Shown here in pieces: positions 1 to 9,190 of a DNA stretch of 47,406 nucleotides. Position numbers and translations under genes: made by a program. Origin of the DNA: a virus. Taxonomy: Duplodnaviria; Caudoviricetes. Each line of letters starts with the position of its first letter. Positions within the stretch are counted from its first letter, which is position 1. The DNA is taken from positions 1-47,406 of IMG/VR virus record IMGVR_UViG_3300028388_002571; one strand, 5' to 3'. The notes under the pieces were generated by a model that was given only the letters and a program-made list of their open reading frames with translations, made no database searches and was not told the origin of the DNA.

Positions 1-879
1 AGCCCAGGCAGCCGCCTCCTGATGGTCGGGAACGCGACCCGCAGCACCGGCTATTTCGCGGCCAGCCACATGAAGAACCGCGCGGAATACAAGACGGTCC
101 ACCTCCGCAGCGACGAAAGCCCGCTCGTCGATCCCGGCTATAGGGCCCAGCTTGTCCGCAAGTGGGGCGAAGGGTCGAACGTGGTGCGCGTGCGCGCCGA
201 CGGAGAGTTCCCGAAGCACGACGACGACGTGCTGATCGCCTTCGAGTGGTGCGAGAGCGCCATCAACCGCCCGCCATACCGCGGCGAGACCGGACAGACC
301 CGCATCGCCATCGACCCCGCGCGCTTCGGCGACGACCGGACCGTGTTGGTCGTGCGGCAGGGCCGCAACATCGTCCACATCGAGATTCACGCCAAACAGG
401 ACACGATGCAGACGGTGGGCCAAGCCAAACACCTCCGCGAGAAATACAAGGCCGCCGGCATCTGGGTGGGCGTCGCCGGGTTCGCCGGCATAGCCGACCG
501 CCTACGCGAGACCGGAGAGCATGTCGTGGAGGTCGTCGAGGGCGCCGCAGCCCCGCGGAAAAAGAAGGACGACGAGTTCCAGCCCTACCTCGTCAGGGAC
601 GCCATGTGGGTCGAGGGCCAGAAGTGGCTCAGAGACGAACAGCCGAGCTTCGCCCAGGTAGACCAGGACTTGGCCGACGACCTAGCCGGCGAGCTTTCCG
701 CCGCGAAGTTCACCTTCGACAGCAGCGGGCGCCTCAAGATCGAGTCGAAGGACGACATGAAAAAGCGGCTCGGCAGATCGCCCGACATCGCCGACGCGGT
801 ACTCATCAGCCTAATGCCCGACCGGAGTCAACGACGCTATGCAACAGCAGGCGAACGCATGTTCACGCGAGATGGGTGA
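1..879 (+). CDS. terL: Terminase large subunit, C-terminal part (end of ATPase domain plus RNase H-like nuclease); 5' truncated by the window edge
   Basis: Frame open from base 1 (SPGSRLLMVGNATRSTGYF); motifs IDPARFGDDRTV and ESKDDMKKRLGRSPDIADA are typical TerL nuclease motifs; directly upstream of the portal. Confidence 0.93.
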   Translation, partial: SPGSRLLMVGNATRSTGYFAASHMKNRAEYKTVHLRSDESPLVDPGYRAQLVRKWGEGSNVVRVRADGEFPKHDDDVLIAFEWCESAINRPPYRGETGQTRIAIDPARFGDDRTVLVVRQGRNIVHIEIHAKQDTMQTVGQAKHLREKYKAAGIWVGVAGFAGIADRLRETGEHVVEVVEGAAAPRKKKDDEFQPYLVRDAMWVEGQKWLRDEQPSFAQVDQDLADDLAGELSAAKFTFDSSGRLKIESKDDMKKRLGRSPDIADAVLISLMPDRSQRRYATAGERMFTRDG

Positions 880-883
880 CCAG

Positions 884-1096
884 ATGACACCGCCCACGCT
901 ACCCGAAAAACCGTTGTTCCATGTCACCGAGGTTGTCTGGATTCTCTCGCCCTACCTCGGCCGGAGCTTCGCGGCGATAGAGCGACAGATCAACCGCAAG
1001 ATCAACAGCGGCGAGATCAGGGCCCGGGTGTACCTGGGCCGAACGATGATCGCCCGCGACGAAGTAATCAGAATTATCGAGGGGGAACCCGTATGA
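884..1096 (+). CDS. Small HTH (excisionase/MerR-like) DNA-binding protein
   Basis: 70 aa from ATG 884; pattern FHVTEV...INRKINSGEIRARVYLGRTMIARDEVIRII resembles HTH_17-type proteins; stop overlaps the portal start. Confidence 0.55.
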   Translation: MTPPTLPEKPLFHVTEVVWILSPYLGRSFAAIERQINRKINSGEIRARVYLGRTMIARDEVIRIIEGEPV

Positions 1097-2607
1097 AACT
1101 TCCGCGCCTATTCCGCCGAGCCCAGGCGTTCGCGGCACCGCCCCCGCAGGAGGGCAAAAAACCGACCACCACCCAGCTATTCGACGACACCGCCATCGAA
1201 CAGATGGTGGAGACGCTGACCAGCGTGCCGGACCCGGACCGCGCCCTGGAGCAGGCCGGGCTCAGCCGCGCCGAGCTACGGCGCATGGAATACGACGACG
1301 AGATCGCCGCAGCCATGGAGACGCGCCTCAGCGCCGTCCAGGGAACGCCCTGGCGCCTCGAACCCGGCGAAGGGCAAGAGGTCGAGTTCATCTGGGAACA
1401 GCTCGAGCAGGTCATCGAGCCGCTGATCGAGGGCGCCTGGGAGGCGCTGCCCTACGGCTACAGCGTGATGGAAGCCGTCTATGCGAAGACCCCCGAAGGC
1501 CGCATCGGCATCGACCGTATCGAGGCCCGGCCGTTCGAGTGGTTCAAGCCGCACCCCGACGGAAGCCTCCGCTATTTCCCGGCGGACGGGGCCTCAGAGA
1601 TCGCCGTCGATACCCGCTTCAAGTTCTTCCTGACGCGGCGCCAAGCGACCTACAGCAACCCCTATGGCAAGGCGATGCTCAGCCGCCTATTCGGCGCGTT
1701 CATTCTCCGGCAGGCAGGCTGGCGGTTCTGGCCGCAGTTCCTAGAGCGGTTCGGCGCCCCGCTACTGGTCGGGAAGACGGCCGGCGACACCGGAGCGATG
1801 GCCGACGCCCTATCCAAGGCCCTACAAAGCGCAGTCGTCGCGGTGGACGAGAACGACGACGTGACCCCGGTCGCCGCCCAGGGCGACGGATCAGCGTTCG
1901 AGCGTTTCGAATTGTCAGTGACGAAGCGGATTCAGAAGGTCATACTCGGCCAGACCCTTACCACCGATGTCGGCAACACCGGGAGCTATGCCGCCGCCCA
2001 GGTGCACGACGGCGTGAGGGCCGACAGAAAACACGCCGACATCAGGATGGTCGCCAGGACGGTTCAGACCTTTGTCGATGCGTTGACCGAACTGAACTGG
2101 CCAGGAGCGGAGCCGCCGACGTTCGTACTCGAAGACGCAACCGGGCTCCAGCCCGAACGCGCCGAGCGCGACTCCAAGTTGGTGCAGGCCGGCATCATCA
2201 AGCTGACCGACGACTACCTACTCCGAGCCTACGATTTCGAGGCGGGCGATTTTGAGATTCCCGAATCCCCAAATCCCCAACCGGGCGCTCAAGCGTCCGC
2301 CTCGACCCTATACGGCGCCCGCTTCGCAGCCGGCGACGACGAGCCCGGCCCTTTCACGCCGGAACAGCAGGCCGTCGAAGACCTAGCAGACGACGCCACC
2401 CGCCGGGCCCGGGCGCCCATACCCCCCAAGGCCATTGCCGCCGCCATACGGGCAGCCACGGGTCCTGAAGACCTAGCCGACCGCCTAGCGGAGGTCTACC
2501 AGGGCAACAGCCCCGAGGAGTTCAACGGGATTCTGGAGCGCGCCCTGTTCGCAGCCGACATGATGGGCTACGTCCACGGGATAGAAACCGACCCCGATGC
2601 CCTCTAA
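1093..2607 (+). CDS. Portal protein, Mu gp29/DUF935-like
   Basis: 504 aa; motifs NPYGKAML, WPQFLERFGAP and ILGQTLTT..GSYAAAQVH; position after terL. Confidence 0.92.
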   Translation: MKLPRLFRRAQAFAAPPPQEGKKPTTTQLFDDTAIEQMVETLTSVPDPDRALEQAGLSRAELRRMEYDDEIAAAMETRLSAVQGTPWRLEPGEGQEVEFIWEQLEQVIEPLIEGAWEALPYGYSVMEAVYAKTPEGRIGIDRIEARPFEWFKPHPDGSLRYFPADGASEIAVDTRFKFFLTRRQATYSNPYGKAMLSRLFGAFILRQAGWRFWPQFLERFGAPLLVGKTAGDTGAMADALSKALQSAVVAVDENDDVTPVAAQGDGSAFERFELSVTKRIQKVILGQTLTTDVGNTGSYAAAQVHDGVRADRKHADIRMVARTVQTFVDALTELNWPGAEPPTFVLEDATGLQPERAERDSKLVQAGIIKLTDDYLLRAYDFEAGDFEIPESPNPQPGAQASASTLYGARFAAGDDEPGPFTPEQQAVEDLADDATRRARAPIPPKAIAAAIRAATGPEDLADRLAEVYQGNSPEEFNGILERALFAADMMGYVHGIETDPDAL

Positions 2608-4735
2608 ACCGTTCGCGCTCAAGGCCGTCACGTTCGAGAAGGCCGTCGAGGCCGCGCGCAAGCGCAAGGTCGAGCTTCCCGGCACCTACTACGGGAAGAT
2701 GAAGGGCGTCGAACGGGCCCAGGCGTTCAGCGTCGCCCACATAGCGGCCCTCGACCAGCTACAGCAGACCCTCGACAGCCTCAACGACGCCCTCGACCAG
2801 GGGATGACGTTCGACGACTGGCGAAAGGAGGCGCTGAAGGCCCCCGATGTCCTCGCGCTGCCGAAGCACCGGCTCGACAACATCTTCCGCACCAACATCC
2901 AAGGCGCCTACGCCCGCGGCCGCTGCCAGCAGATCGAGGCGACGAAAGACACCCGGCCGATGCTCATGTACTCGGCCGTCAACGACAGCCGCACCCGGCC
3001 CCACCACGCAGCGATGGACGGCGCCACCGCACCCCAGGATCACGACATCTGGAAGACCTGGATGCCGCCGGCCGGCTACCGCTGCCGATGCACCGTCATC
3101 AGCGTGACCCAGGAGAAAGGCGAGCAACTACAGAAGCGCGACCAGGAACGCATGGAAAAAGACAAGCCCCACGCGAGCGCCCGATTCGAGGCCGTCATCA
3201 ACGGGCCCGACGACGGGTGGGACTACACCCCCTGCGATGCGGACGACTGGACAGCCGGCGACAAGGCCCCGCTCTACGCCCAGCCCCTAGCCGCCCAGAC
3301 CGCGCAGATCGACGAGGAGGCCGAGCGCCGACGCGACGCCCTAGATCCGGACCGCTGGACCCTTGTGGGCGCGCAGAAGGGGTCAAACCCGGGCGGCGTA
3401 TATGAAGCCCCCGACGGCACCCGCTACTACGTCAAAGAATACGCCTATGGCGACCAAGCGCGGAGTGAATACGCGGCGAATGAAATCAACCGGCTGATCG
3501 GCATAGACACCCCGGAAAGCCTACTGCTACAAAAGGACGGCCGTTTGATAATCGCGAACAAATGGCGTGACGACCTCCGCGAGGCGACCCTCGACGAACT
3601 GCACAAGGCCAAACACAAGGTCGAACTCCGGCGGGCCTACCAAGCCGCGGCCCTCACGAAGAACTGGGACGTTGTGGGCATGGACATGGACAACCTTGTC
3701 CTCAACGGCAAGGGAAAGCTCACGATAGTCGACAGCGGTGGAAGTTTCAGATTTAGAGCGCAAGGCGGCGCAAAGGAATTCTGGGGAGGGCCGGTCGACG
3801 AACTCGAAACGCTACTCAACCCGAGCCTAAACCAGAGCGCCGCGAGGGTGTTCGGGAAGTACACCAAAGATGAGTTGCTGGTGGGGATGAAGAACAACCT
3901 CAGCGACATCACCAAAGACAAGCTGAAAACAATATTCAGAAACGCCGGTTTTGACCCAGCCGAGCGCGGAGAATTGGTGGAGGCAACGTGGCTTCGTGTT
4001 AAGTGGATGCGCGAGCTGGCCGACAGCACCAACGCCACCAAGCGATCCGCTCGCGGCATCTACAAAGGCAAGGTGGCCGCATTTAAGGAGGCCCAGAAAG
4101 TCACGCCTGCGCAGGCCCGCAAAGCGATAGAAGACCTGAACGGCAAATTGATAACTGACCAGCTAACTCGGAAAGCCTACGAAAAGAAAGCAGGAACAGT
4201 CTTCGAAAAGATCGAAGACGAATATCTGGCGAATATCCTCAACTACACCGATACGGGTTATGGGGACCTCAATGAGGCGTTGTACACAAACGCGATGACG
4301 CCGGAACTTGATGAAATGCGGAAGGCATTAAACGCCGCATTGGTGCGCGCGCCAAAACACACCGGGTCCGTCAGGCGCGGGATAACCCTGAACGAGGGCC
4401 TCAGAAAAAAATGGGCAGCGGCTGCCGTAGACGCCCAGAAAAACAACAAGCCGATTGAGTTTAATGCGTTTATGTCGACCTCGAAAACGAAGTCTTTCGA
4501 CGGAAACGTGAAAATCAACATTGTCGGCAAAGGACACCAGGGGGCCGACATTGAGGCGGTCAGCTCATTTAGGAGGGAAGGCGAGGTGCTTTATGCGTCG
4601 GGCTCCAAGTTCAGGGTGGTTCGAGTCAAGTCACATTCTACCCACGGAACGCTAGAACTGTGGCTTGAAGAGGACGAAAAATTCCTCGCCGTCGCTCCCG
4701 AGGCCAAGTTAGCGATCAGTCATCAGGCTGACTAG
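2597..4735 (+). CDS. MuF (Mu gpF/SPP1 gp7-like) head protein with kinase-like middle domain and C-terminal ADP-ribosyltransferase domain
   Basis: N-terminal MuF motifs (RLDNIFRTN, YSAVNDSRTRPHH, PPAGYRCRC); middle YYVK..E..NWDVVG..DN..IVDSGG; C-terminal R-S-E ART motifs (VRRG, FMSTS, REGEVL). Confidence 0.85.
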   Translation: MPSKPFALKAVTFEKAVEAARKRKVELPGTYYGKMKGVERAQAFSVAHIAALDQLQQTLDSLNDALDQGMTFDDWRKEALKAPDVLALPKHRLDNIFRTNIQGAYARGRCQQIEATKDTRPMLMYSAVNDSRTRPHHAAMDGATAPQDHDIWKTWMPPAGYRCRCTVISVTQEKGEQLQKRDQERMEKDKPHASARFEAVINGPDDGWDYTPCDADDWTAGDKAPLYAQPLAAQTAQIDEEAERRRDALDPDRWTLVGAQKGSNPGGVYEAPDGTRYYVKEYAYGDQARSEYAANEINRLIGIDTPESLLLQKDGRLIIANKWRDDLREATLDELHKAKHKVELRRAYQAAALTKNWDVVGMDMDNLVLNGKGKLTIVDSGGSFRFRAQGGAKEFWGGPVDELETLLNPSLNQSAARVFGKYTKDELLVGMKNNLSDITKDKLKTIFRNAGFDPAERGELVEATWLRVKWMRELADSTNATKRSARGIYKGKVAAFKEAQKVTPAQARKAIEDLNGKLITDQLTRKAYEKKAGTVFEKIEDEYLANILNYTDTGYGDLNEALYTNAMTPELDEMRKALNAALVRAPKHTGSVRRGITLNEGLRKKWAAAAVDAQKNNKPIEFNAFMSTSKTKSFDGNVKINIVGKGHQGADIEAVSSFRREGEVLYASGSKFRVVRVKSHSTHGTLELWLEEDEKFLAVAPEAKLAISHQAD

Positions 4736-4907
4736 CAGGCCCCTTCTCGCCCCACGGGTGGCTTCCGTAGTGCATTTTTTCGTCGTACGTGCCGTTGCGC
4801 CGAGCCTCTTCTTCGGCGGCGCGCGTTTGCTTTTCCAGTGCATCGCTGTACGCGCGCCATTCGGTTTTTGTCCAACCCGGCGGCGGCTTCGAGTAGTAGA
4901 CAGGCAT
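4716..4907 (-). CDS. Small hypothetical protein convergent on the MuF-toxin gene (candidate immunity or moron gene)
   Basis: 63 aa from ATG 4907 (MPVYYSKPPPGW...), GGGAGG upstream, overlaps the MuF 3' end by 20 bp. Confidence 0.45.
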   Translation of the reverse strand: MPVYYSKPPPGWTKTEWRAYSDALEKQTRAAEEEARRNGTYDEKMHYGSHPWGEKGPASQPDD

Positions 4908-4979
4908 AAACAGGCCCTCCCTAATTTTTGCGTTATACTTTAGCTCCAAGGTAAGTTTAACACAAACGGAGGCACCAGA

Positions 4980-5360
4980 ATGTGGGTCTATCTCAATAAC
5001 GGTTTTTTTTCGATAGTCGACCACCGCGACCAGCCGGAAATGCTACTGGTGCGAGCCCGCGCCCAGGGCGACATCGCCCGAGTATTCGGCATCGAGGAAC
5101 AGGAAACCCCGGGCGCTGACTATCGCTATCGGGCCGTCATACCGCGGAACGCCGTCGCCAATATCCTGGCGGCAGAGATCAAGCGGATCGACTACCCCAA
5201 CTTCAAGGACAGCATCAACGACCTCAGTCGTTATCAGGTCTACACCGACGTATGGGCCGCGACCACCCGGCTACAACCGGAGGGCGGGCGCTACCATTGG
5301 CCGCACCACGCCCCGCGGACCGCCCTCGACGACGAGATGTTCGCGGAGACGATGGAATGA
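4980..5360 (+). CDS. Hypothetical protein
   Basis: 126 aa, strong GGAGG RBS, globular-looking sequence (MWVYLNNGFFSIV...DYRYRA...DYPNFKDSI). Confidence 0.75.
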   Translation: MWVYLNNGFFSIVDHRDQPEMLLVRARAQGDIARVFGIEEQETPGADYRYRAVIPRNAVANILAAEIKRIDYPNFKDSINDLSRYQVYTDVWAATTRLQPEGGRYHWPHHAPRTALDDEMFAETME

Positions 5361-5481
5361 ACGGCCTCGGGCGTCAAAAAAGCCGCGGCTCGTGACCTTT
5401 TAGCCGACGAAAAACCGACACTCCCGACAATAGCGACACCCCGGACCAACCCGACATTCTGTTGGGCTAGCGTCCGGGGTC

Positions 5482-6435
5482 ATGGACAGCCTACACCCCG
5501 ACCGCGCGTTCCAATTCCGCGCCGAAACCCCCTCAGTCGTTAATAGCGACGACGACGCCAAGCCGCGAAAGTTCAGCGGCGTCGCCTACAGCGGCAAGCC
5601 CCTGAAGCACGGGTATTGGGGGAACGTCGTCTTCGACCTCAGCGAGACGAAGGCAAACCCGAAGACCCCCGTCCTGGTGGACCACCAATCCGAGAAGCGC
5701 TGCGGGTTCTGCTCGCTGACGTTCGGCGGCGACATCACCATCGAGGACGGCACCCTACTGGACAACGACGAGGGCCGCGCGATCGCGGCCGAGAGCGACG
5801 CCGGGTTCCCCTGGCAGATGAGCGTCTACATCCAGCCAGGGCGCATCGAGCGCATCGAGCCCGGCGCCCAGGCAACCGTCAACGGGCACAGCGTAAGCGG
5901 GCCCGCCACCATCTTCCGCGACAACTTCATTCGCGAGGTCAGCTTCACCCCGACCGGGGTGGACTGGGAAACCACCGCCGAGGCCCTAAGCGCCGCCGCC
6001 GGCACAGCACAAACGACAACCGAGGAAACGACTATGACCCTTGAGGAACTTCAAGAGCAGGTTGCGTCGCTTCAGGCCAGCGTTCAGGCCGCAGAGCAGC
6101 GCGCCACCGAAGCCGAAGCCCGCGCCGAGACCGCCGAACAGGCGCTATCGGATCACAAGACCCAGACCCGCATGAGCGCGGTGAGGGAGCTTTTCAGCGC
6201 CATCGGCGAGGAGTACAGCGACGAAGCCGCCGCACCCTACCTCGCGATGGACGACACCGCATTCAGCGCCGTGTCGGACCGCATGAAGGGCCTCGCGCAA
6301 CAGCCCGGCAGCAACGACAACGCCCAACTGTTCAGCGAACAGGCAACCGGCGGTCGTCAAGCGGACGGTGACAACGGCGAAGCCTTCGCTATCGACACCA
6401 ACGAAATCTATGCCCGCATGAACGGCGCGGCCTAA
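5482..6435 (+). CDS. Prohead protease/scaffold protein
   Basis: FSGVAYSG, VLVDH, FPWQMSV and IREVSFTPTGVD protease-type motifs followed by a coiled-coil C-terminus; precedes decoration and capsid genes. Confidence 0.85.
   Translation: MDSLHPDRAFQFRAETPSVVNSDDDAKPRKFSGVAYSGKPLKHGYWGNVVFDLSETKANPKTPVLVDHQSEKRCGFCSLTFGGDITIEDGTLLDNDEGRAIAAESDAGFPWQMSVYIQPGRIERIEPGAQATVNGHSVSGPATIFRDNFIREVSFTPTGVDWETTAEALSAAAGTAQTTTEETTMTLEELQEQVASLQASVQAAEQRATEAEARAETAEQALSDHKTQTRMSAVRELFSAIGEEYSDEAAAPYLAMDDTAFSAVSDRMKGLAQQPGSNDNAQLFSEQATGGRQADGDNGEAFAIDTNEIYARMNGAA
6034..6435 (+). CDS. Probable nested in-frame scaffolding protein (internal start, as for Mu gpI/gpZ)
   Basis: GAGGA at 6022-6026 ahead of in-frame ATG 6034, at the start of the coiled coil MTLEELQEQV. 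Confidence 0.6.
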   Translation: MTLEELQEQVASLQASVQAAEQRATEAEARAETAEQALSDHKTQTRMSAVRELFSAIGEEYSDEAAAPYLAMDDTAFSAVSDRMKGLAQQPGSNDNAQLFSEQATGGRQADGDNGEAFAIDTNEIYARMNGAA

Positions 6436-6451
6436 CCCGGAGGATTGATTC

Positions 6452-6817
6452 ATGGCACTTACCGAAACCAATCGCACGGGCGAGTTCCTGGCCTCCGAGG
6501 CCAACGGCACCCGCAGCCGCGAAGTCGTCACGCTCCTGTCGGGCGAAAGCGTCAAGGCAGGCGAGGTGTTGGGCAAAGTCACCGCCTCGGGCAAGTACGT
6601 GGCCTTCAATCAAGACGCCGCGACCGGCGAGGAGGCAGCCGCCGCCATCGCCTATGAGGACGCAGACGCATCCGGTGGCGACATCAGCATCACGGTGGTT
6701 ATCCGCGACGCCGAGGTCAACGCCGCCAAGCTGATCTGGCCGAGTGACATCACCGGACCGGAAACCACCACCGCGCTCGGGGAACTCGAGGCGCTCGGCA
6801 TCATCGCGCGTTCGTAA
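6452..6817 (+). CDS. Head decoration protein (lambda gpD-like)
   Basis: 121 aa, EFLASEANGTRSRE..G.VLGKVTASGKY pattern; GGAGG RBS; immediately before the capsid gene. Confidence 0.85.
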   Translation: MALTETNRTGEFLASEANGTRSREVVTLLSGESVKAGEVLGKVTASGKYVAFNQDAATGEEAAAAIAYEDADASGGDISITVVIRDAEVNAAKLIWPSDITGPETTTALGELEALGIIARS

Positions 6818-6845
6818 CGCCGCATAGAGTAGACAGGAGACAACC

Positions 6846-7829
6846 ATGCTCGACGTTTTCACTCCTTCGGCGTTCAAGCTGAACACGCTTACCGCCGCCA
6901 TCAACAAACTTCCGTATGCCCCCAGCCGCATCCAGCAGTTGGGTCTCTTCCAAAGCGCCGGCATCAATACCCTCGATGCCGTCGTTGAAGAGTACGAAGG
7001 CGTCCTGGCGCTGGTCGGCGCGAAGCCGCGCGGCGCCCCCGGAACCCCGGCGCTGGGCAGCACCCGCAAGGTGCACAGCTTCCGCGTCCCGCACCTGCCC
7101 GAGAACGCGACCGTTCGCGCAGACGAGGTGCAGGGTGTGCGCGCCTTCGGTAGCAGCAATCAAGCCGAGGCACTCCAGGCCCGCATTAACCAGCGGCTCG
7201 CGGAGATGCGTCGGAATATCGACTACACCATCGAGGCTCACCGCCTGAGCGCCATCAAGGGCGTGATGTACGACGCCAACGGCGGAACGACCGACCTGTT
7301 CACCACGCTGGGCGTCACGCAGCAATCAGTGAACATGGCGCTGGCAACCGCCACCACCAAGGTCCGCGCCAAGGTGGGCGAGGCGAAGCGCAAGATGGAA
7401 GACGCCCTCGGCGGGCTCAACTACAGCAGCTATCACGTCCTGTGCGGCGTGGCCTTCTGGGATGCCTTCATCGAACACGATTACGTCAAGGAATCGTGGC
7501 TGGCGACCGAGCAGGCCCAAGCCCTCCGCGGCGACCCGAACCTCCCGCTGACCTACGCGGACGGCACCTGGGAACGCTACCGCGGGACCGCCGCCGTCAA
7601 AGTGGCCGATGACGAGGCGTATATGATCCCGATGGGTGTGCCGGAGCTGTTCATCACCCGCTTCGGACCGGCCGACTACGCCGAGACCGTGAACACCATC
7701 GGCCTGCCCTACTACGCGAAGGGCGAGCCGCTGCCGTTCAACAAAGGCATGGAACTGGAAGCCCAGAGCAACCCGGTCAGCCTTTGCACCCGGCCGAACG
7801 CGGTCATCAAGCTGACCCGGATCTCGTAA
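6846..7829 (+). CDS. Major capsid protein (lambda gpE-like family)
   Basis: 327 aa, LTAAINKLPYAP start and EAQSNPVSLCTRP end; AGGAG RBS. Confidence 0.92.
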   Translation: MLDVFTPSAFKLNTLTAAINKLPYAPSRIQQLGLFQSAGINTLDAVVEEYEGVLALVGAKPRGAPGTPALGSTRKVHSFRVPHLPENATVRADEVQGVRAFGSSNQAEALQARINQRLAEMRRNIDYTIEAHRLSAIKGVMYDANGGTTDLFTTLGVTQQSVNMALATATTKVRAKVGEAKRKMEDALGGLNYSSYHVLCGVAFWDAFIEHDYVKESWLATEQAQALRGDPNLPLTYADGTWERYRGTAAVKVADDEAYMIPMGVPELFITRFGPADYAETVNTIGLPYYAKGEPLPFNKGMELEAQSNPVSLCTRPNAVIKLTRIS

Positions 7830-7841
7830 CGGGGTAGTCAG

Positions 7842-8276
7842 TTGGCCTACTGCATCCAGCAAGACCTGATCGACCGGTTCGGCGAGGACGAACTGCTCGA
7901 CGCGACAGACCGAGACCGCGACGGGTCGGTCGATCAGGCAGTGCTGGATCAGGCCATAGCGGACGCGGACGCCGACATAGAGCGGCACCTCCGCGGACGC
8001 TACCTTCTTCCCGTGCAGGACGCAGGCGCGCTCGACGAACTCAAGCGCATCGCCTGCGACCTCACCCGTTTCTACCTCTGGGGCATACAGGCCCCGGAGC
8101 ATGTCGCCGAGCGATACAAGGCCGCCCAGGCGACGCTCAAAGACTACGCGAAGGGAACGATCACCCTCGACGCAACGCCCGCGGAGACGGGCGCACAGCC
8201 CCCGAGAGGGGTGGCCGTCGTAGCACCCGCGCAAGTATTCACCGCCGATCAATTGCAGAAGTTAGATGTGTCATGA
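7842..8276 (+). CDS. Head-tail adaptor, Mu gp36/DUF1320-like
   Basis: YC.QQDLIDRFGEDEL, AIADADADI and IACDLTRFYL motifs. Confidence 0.85.
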   Translation: MAYCIQQDLIDRFGEDELLDATDRDRDGSVDQAVLDQAIADADADIERHLRGRYLLPVQDAGALDELKRIACDLTRFYLWGIQAPEHVAERYKAAQATLKDYAKGTITLDATPAETGAQPPRGVAVVAPAQVFTADQLQKLDVS

Positions 8277-8761
8277 GCTTCGAGATCGAACTGAAGGACA
8301 TCGGCGGTGCCAGTCAGTACCTCGATGGCCTGAAGGCCAAGCTGGCGAACCTAGCCCCGGTCTATAACGAGATCGGGACCGCGCTCGTCGAAGAGACGCG
8401 CACCGGCTTCGCGACCAGCACCGACCCCTACGGAACGCCCTGGCTGCCGCTCAAGATGCGCGCCGGGCAGCCCCTACGCGACACCGCTCGCCTGATGAAC
8501 TCGATCACGCACGTCGCCGACAACGAAGGCGTCGAGGTCGGGACGAACGTGGCCTATGCGGCGACCCACCAGTTCGGCGCGACGATCACCCCGAAGGTGG
8601 CGCCGTGGCTTGTGTTCCAGGGCCCGAGCGGGACCGTATTCACGAAACAGGTCACGGTGCCCGCCCGGCCGTTCCTGCCGACGCCCGAGAAGGGCATCCC
8701 GGCATCGTGGGCCCAGACGATATTCGACGCGATCCGCGCCCGGTTGGGGGTGGCGAAATGA
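8273..8761 (+). CDS. Virion morphogenesis (neck/tail completion) protein, Mu gpG-like
   Basis: PLRDTARLMNSI, VGTNVAYAATHQFG and PARPFL motifs. Confidence 0.88.
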   Translation: MSFEIELKDIGGASQYLDGLKAKLANLAPVYNEIGTALVEETRTGFATSTDPYGTPWLPLKMRAGQPLRDTARLMNSITHVADNEGVEVGTNVAYAATHQFGATITPKVAPWLVFQGPSGTVFTKQVTVPARPFLPTPEKGIPASWAQTIFDAIRARLGVAK

Positions 8762-9180
8762 TCCTAGACGTTGAGGACGCCATTGTCGCGCGGCTCGAAG
8801 CGCGCATCCCCGACGTCCGCATCTACCGGGCGACGGAGCTATCCGACATCAACGAGACCGCCCAGGTCACGCCGGCCGTCCATGTCGTCTATGGCGGATA
8901 CGCCCCGACGAAGGAAGTGGGGCACGGCGCCATACAGGAGATCGAGACCCGATGGATGGCCGTTGTCGCCGTCAGGAGCGCGCGCCGAGGGGATACCCAC
9001 GACAAGGCCGACGCGATCTTCGACAGCGTGATCGCCGCCCTGGCCGGGTGGAGGCCCGCAGACGGCAAGACCGCCCTCAAGCTGATGGCGGCCCCGCCGG
9101 CCGAACACCGACCCGGCTTCAGCTACTACCCGATCCAGTTCGCAACGAAGGAAACCGTGCGCGGCGACGCGAGCGGATAA
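8758..9180 (+). CDS. Tail terminator, Mu gp37-like
   Basis: ATG 8758 overlaps the previous stop; MILDVEDAIVARL...ALAGWRP...YPIQF pattern. Confidence 0.75.
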   Translation: MILDVEDAIVARLEARIPDVRIYRATELSDINETAQVTPAVHVVYGGYAPTKEVGHGAIQEIETRWMAVVAVRSARRGDTHDKADAIFDSVIAALAGWRPADGKTALKLMAAPPAEHRPGFSYYPIQFATKETVRGDASG

Positions 9181-9190
9181 GGGAGGCGAG

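Noticed and set aside
4920-4935. 14/16 contiguous match between the concatenated NN of array 3 (CCTAATTTTAGCGCTA) and the promoter-like gap after MuF
   Set aside because: The match collapses over the remaining 8 positions and was found after trying several arrays and registers, so chance is plausible; worth rechecking in a formal search
1093-9180. Transposable Mu-like phage
   Set aside because: Mu-like head genes are present, but no MuA or MuB; the genome has int, xis, attP and an O-like initiator instead
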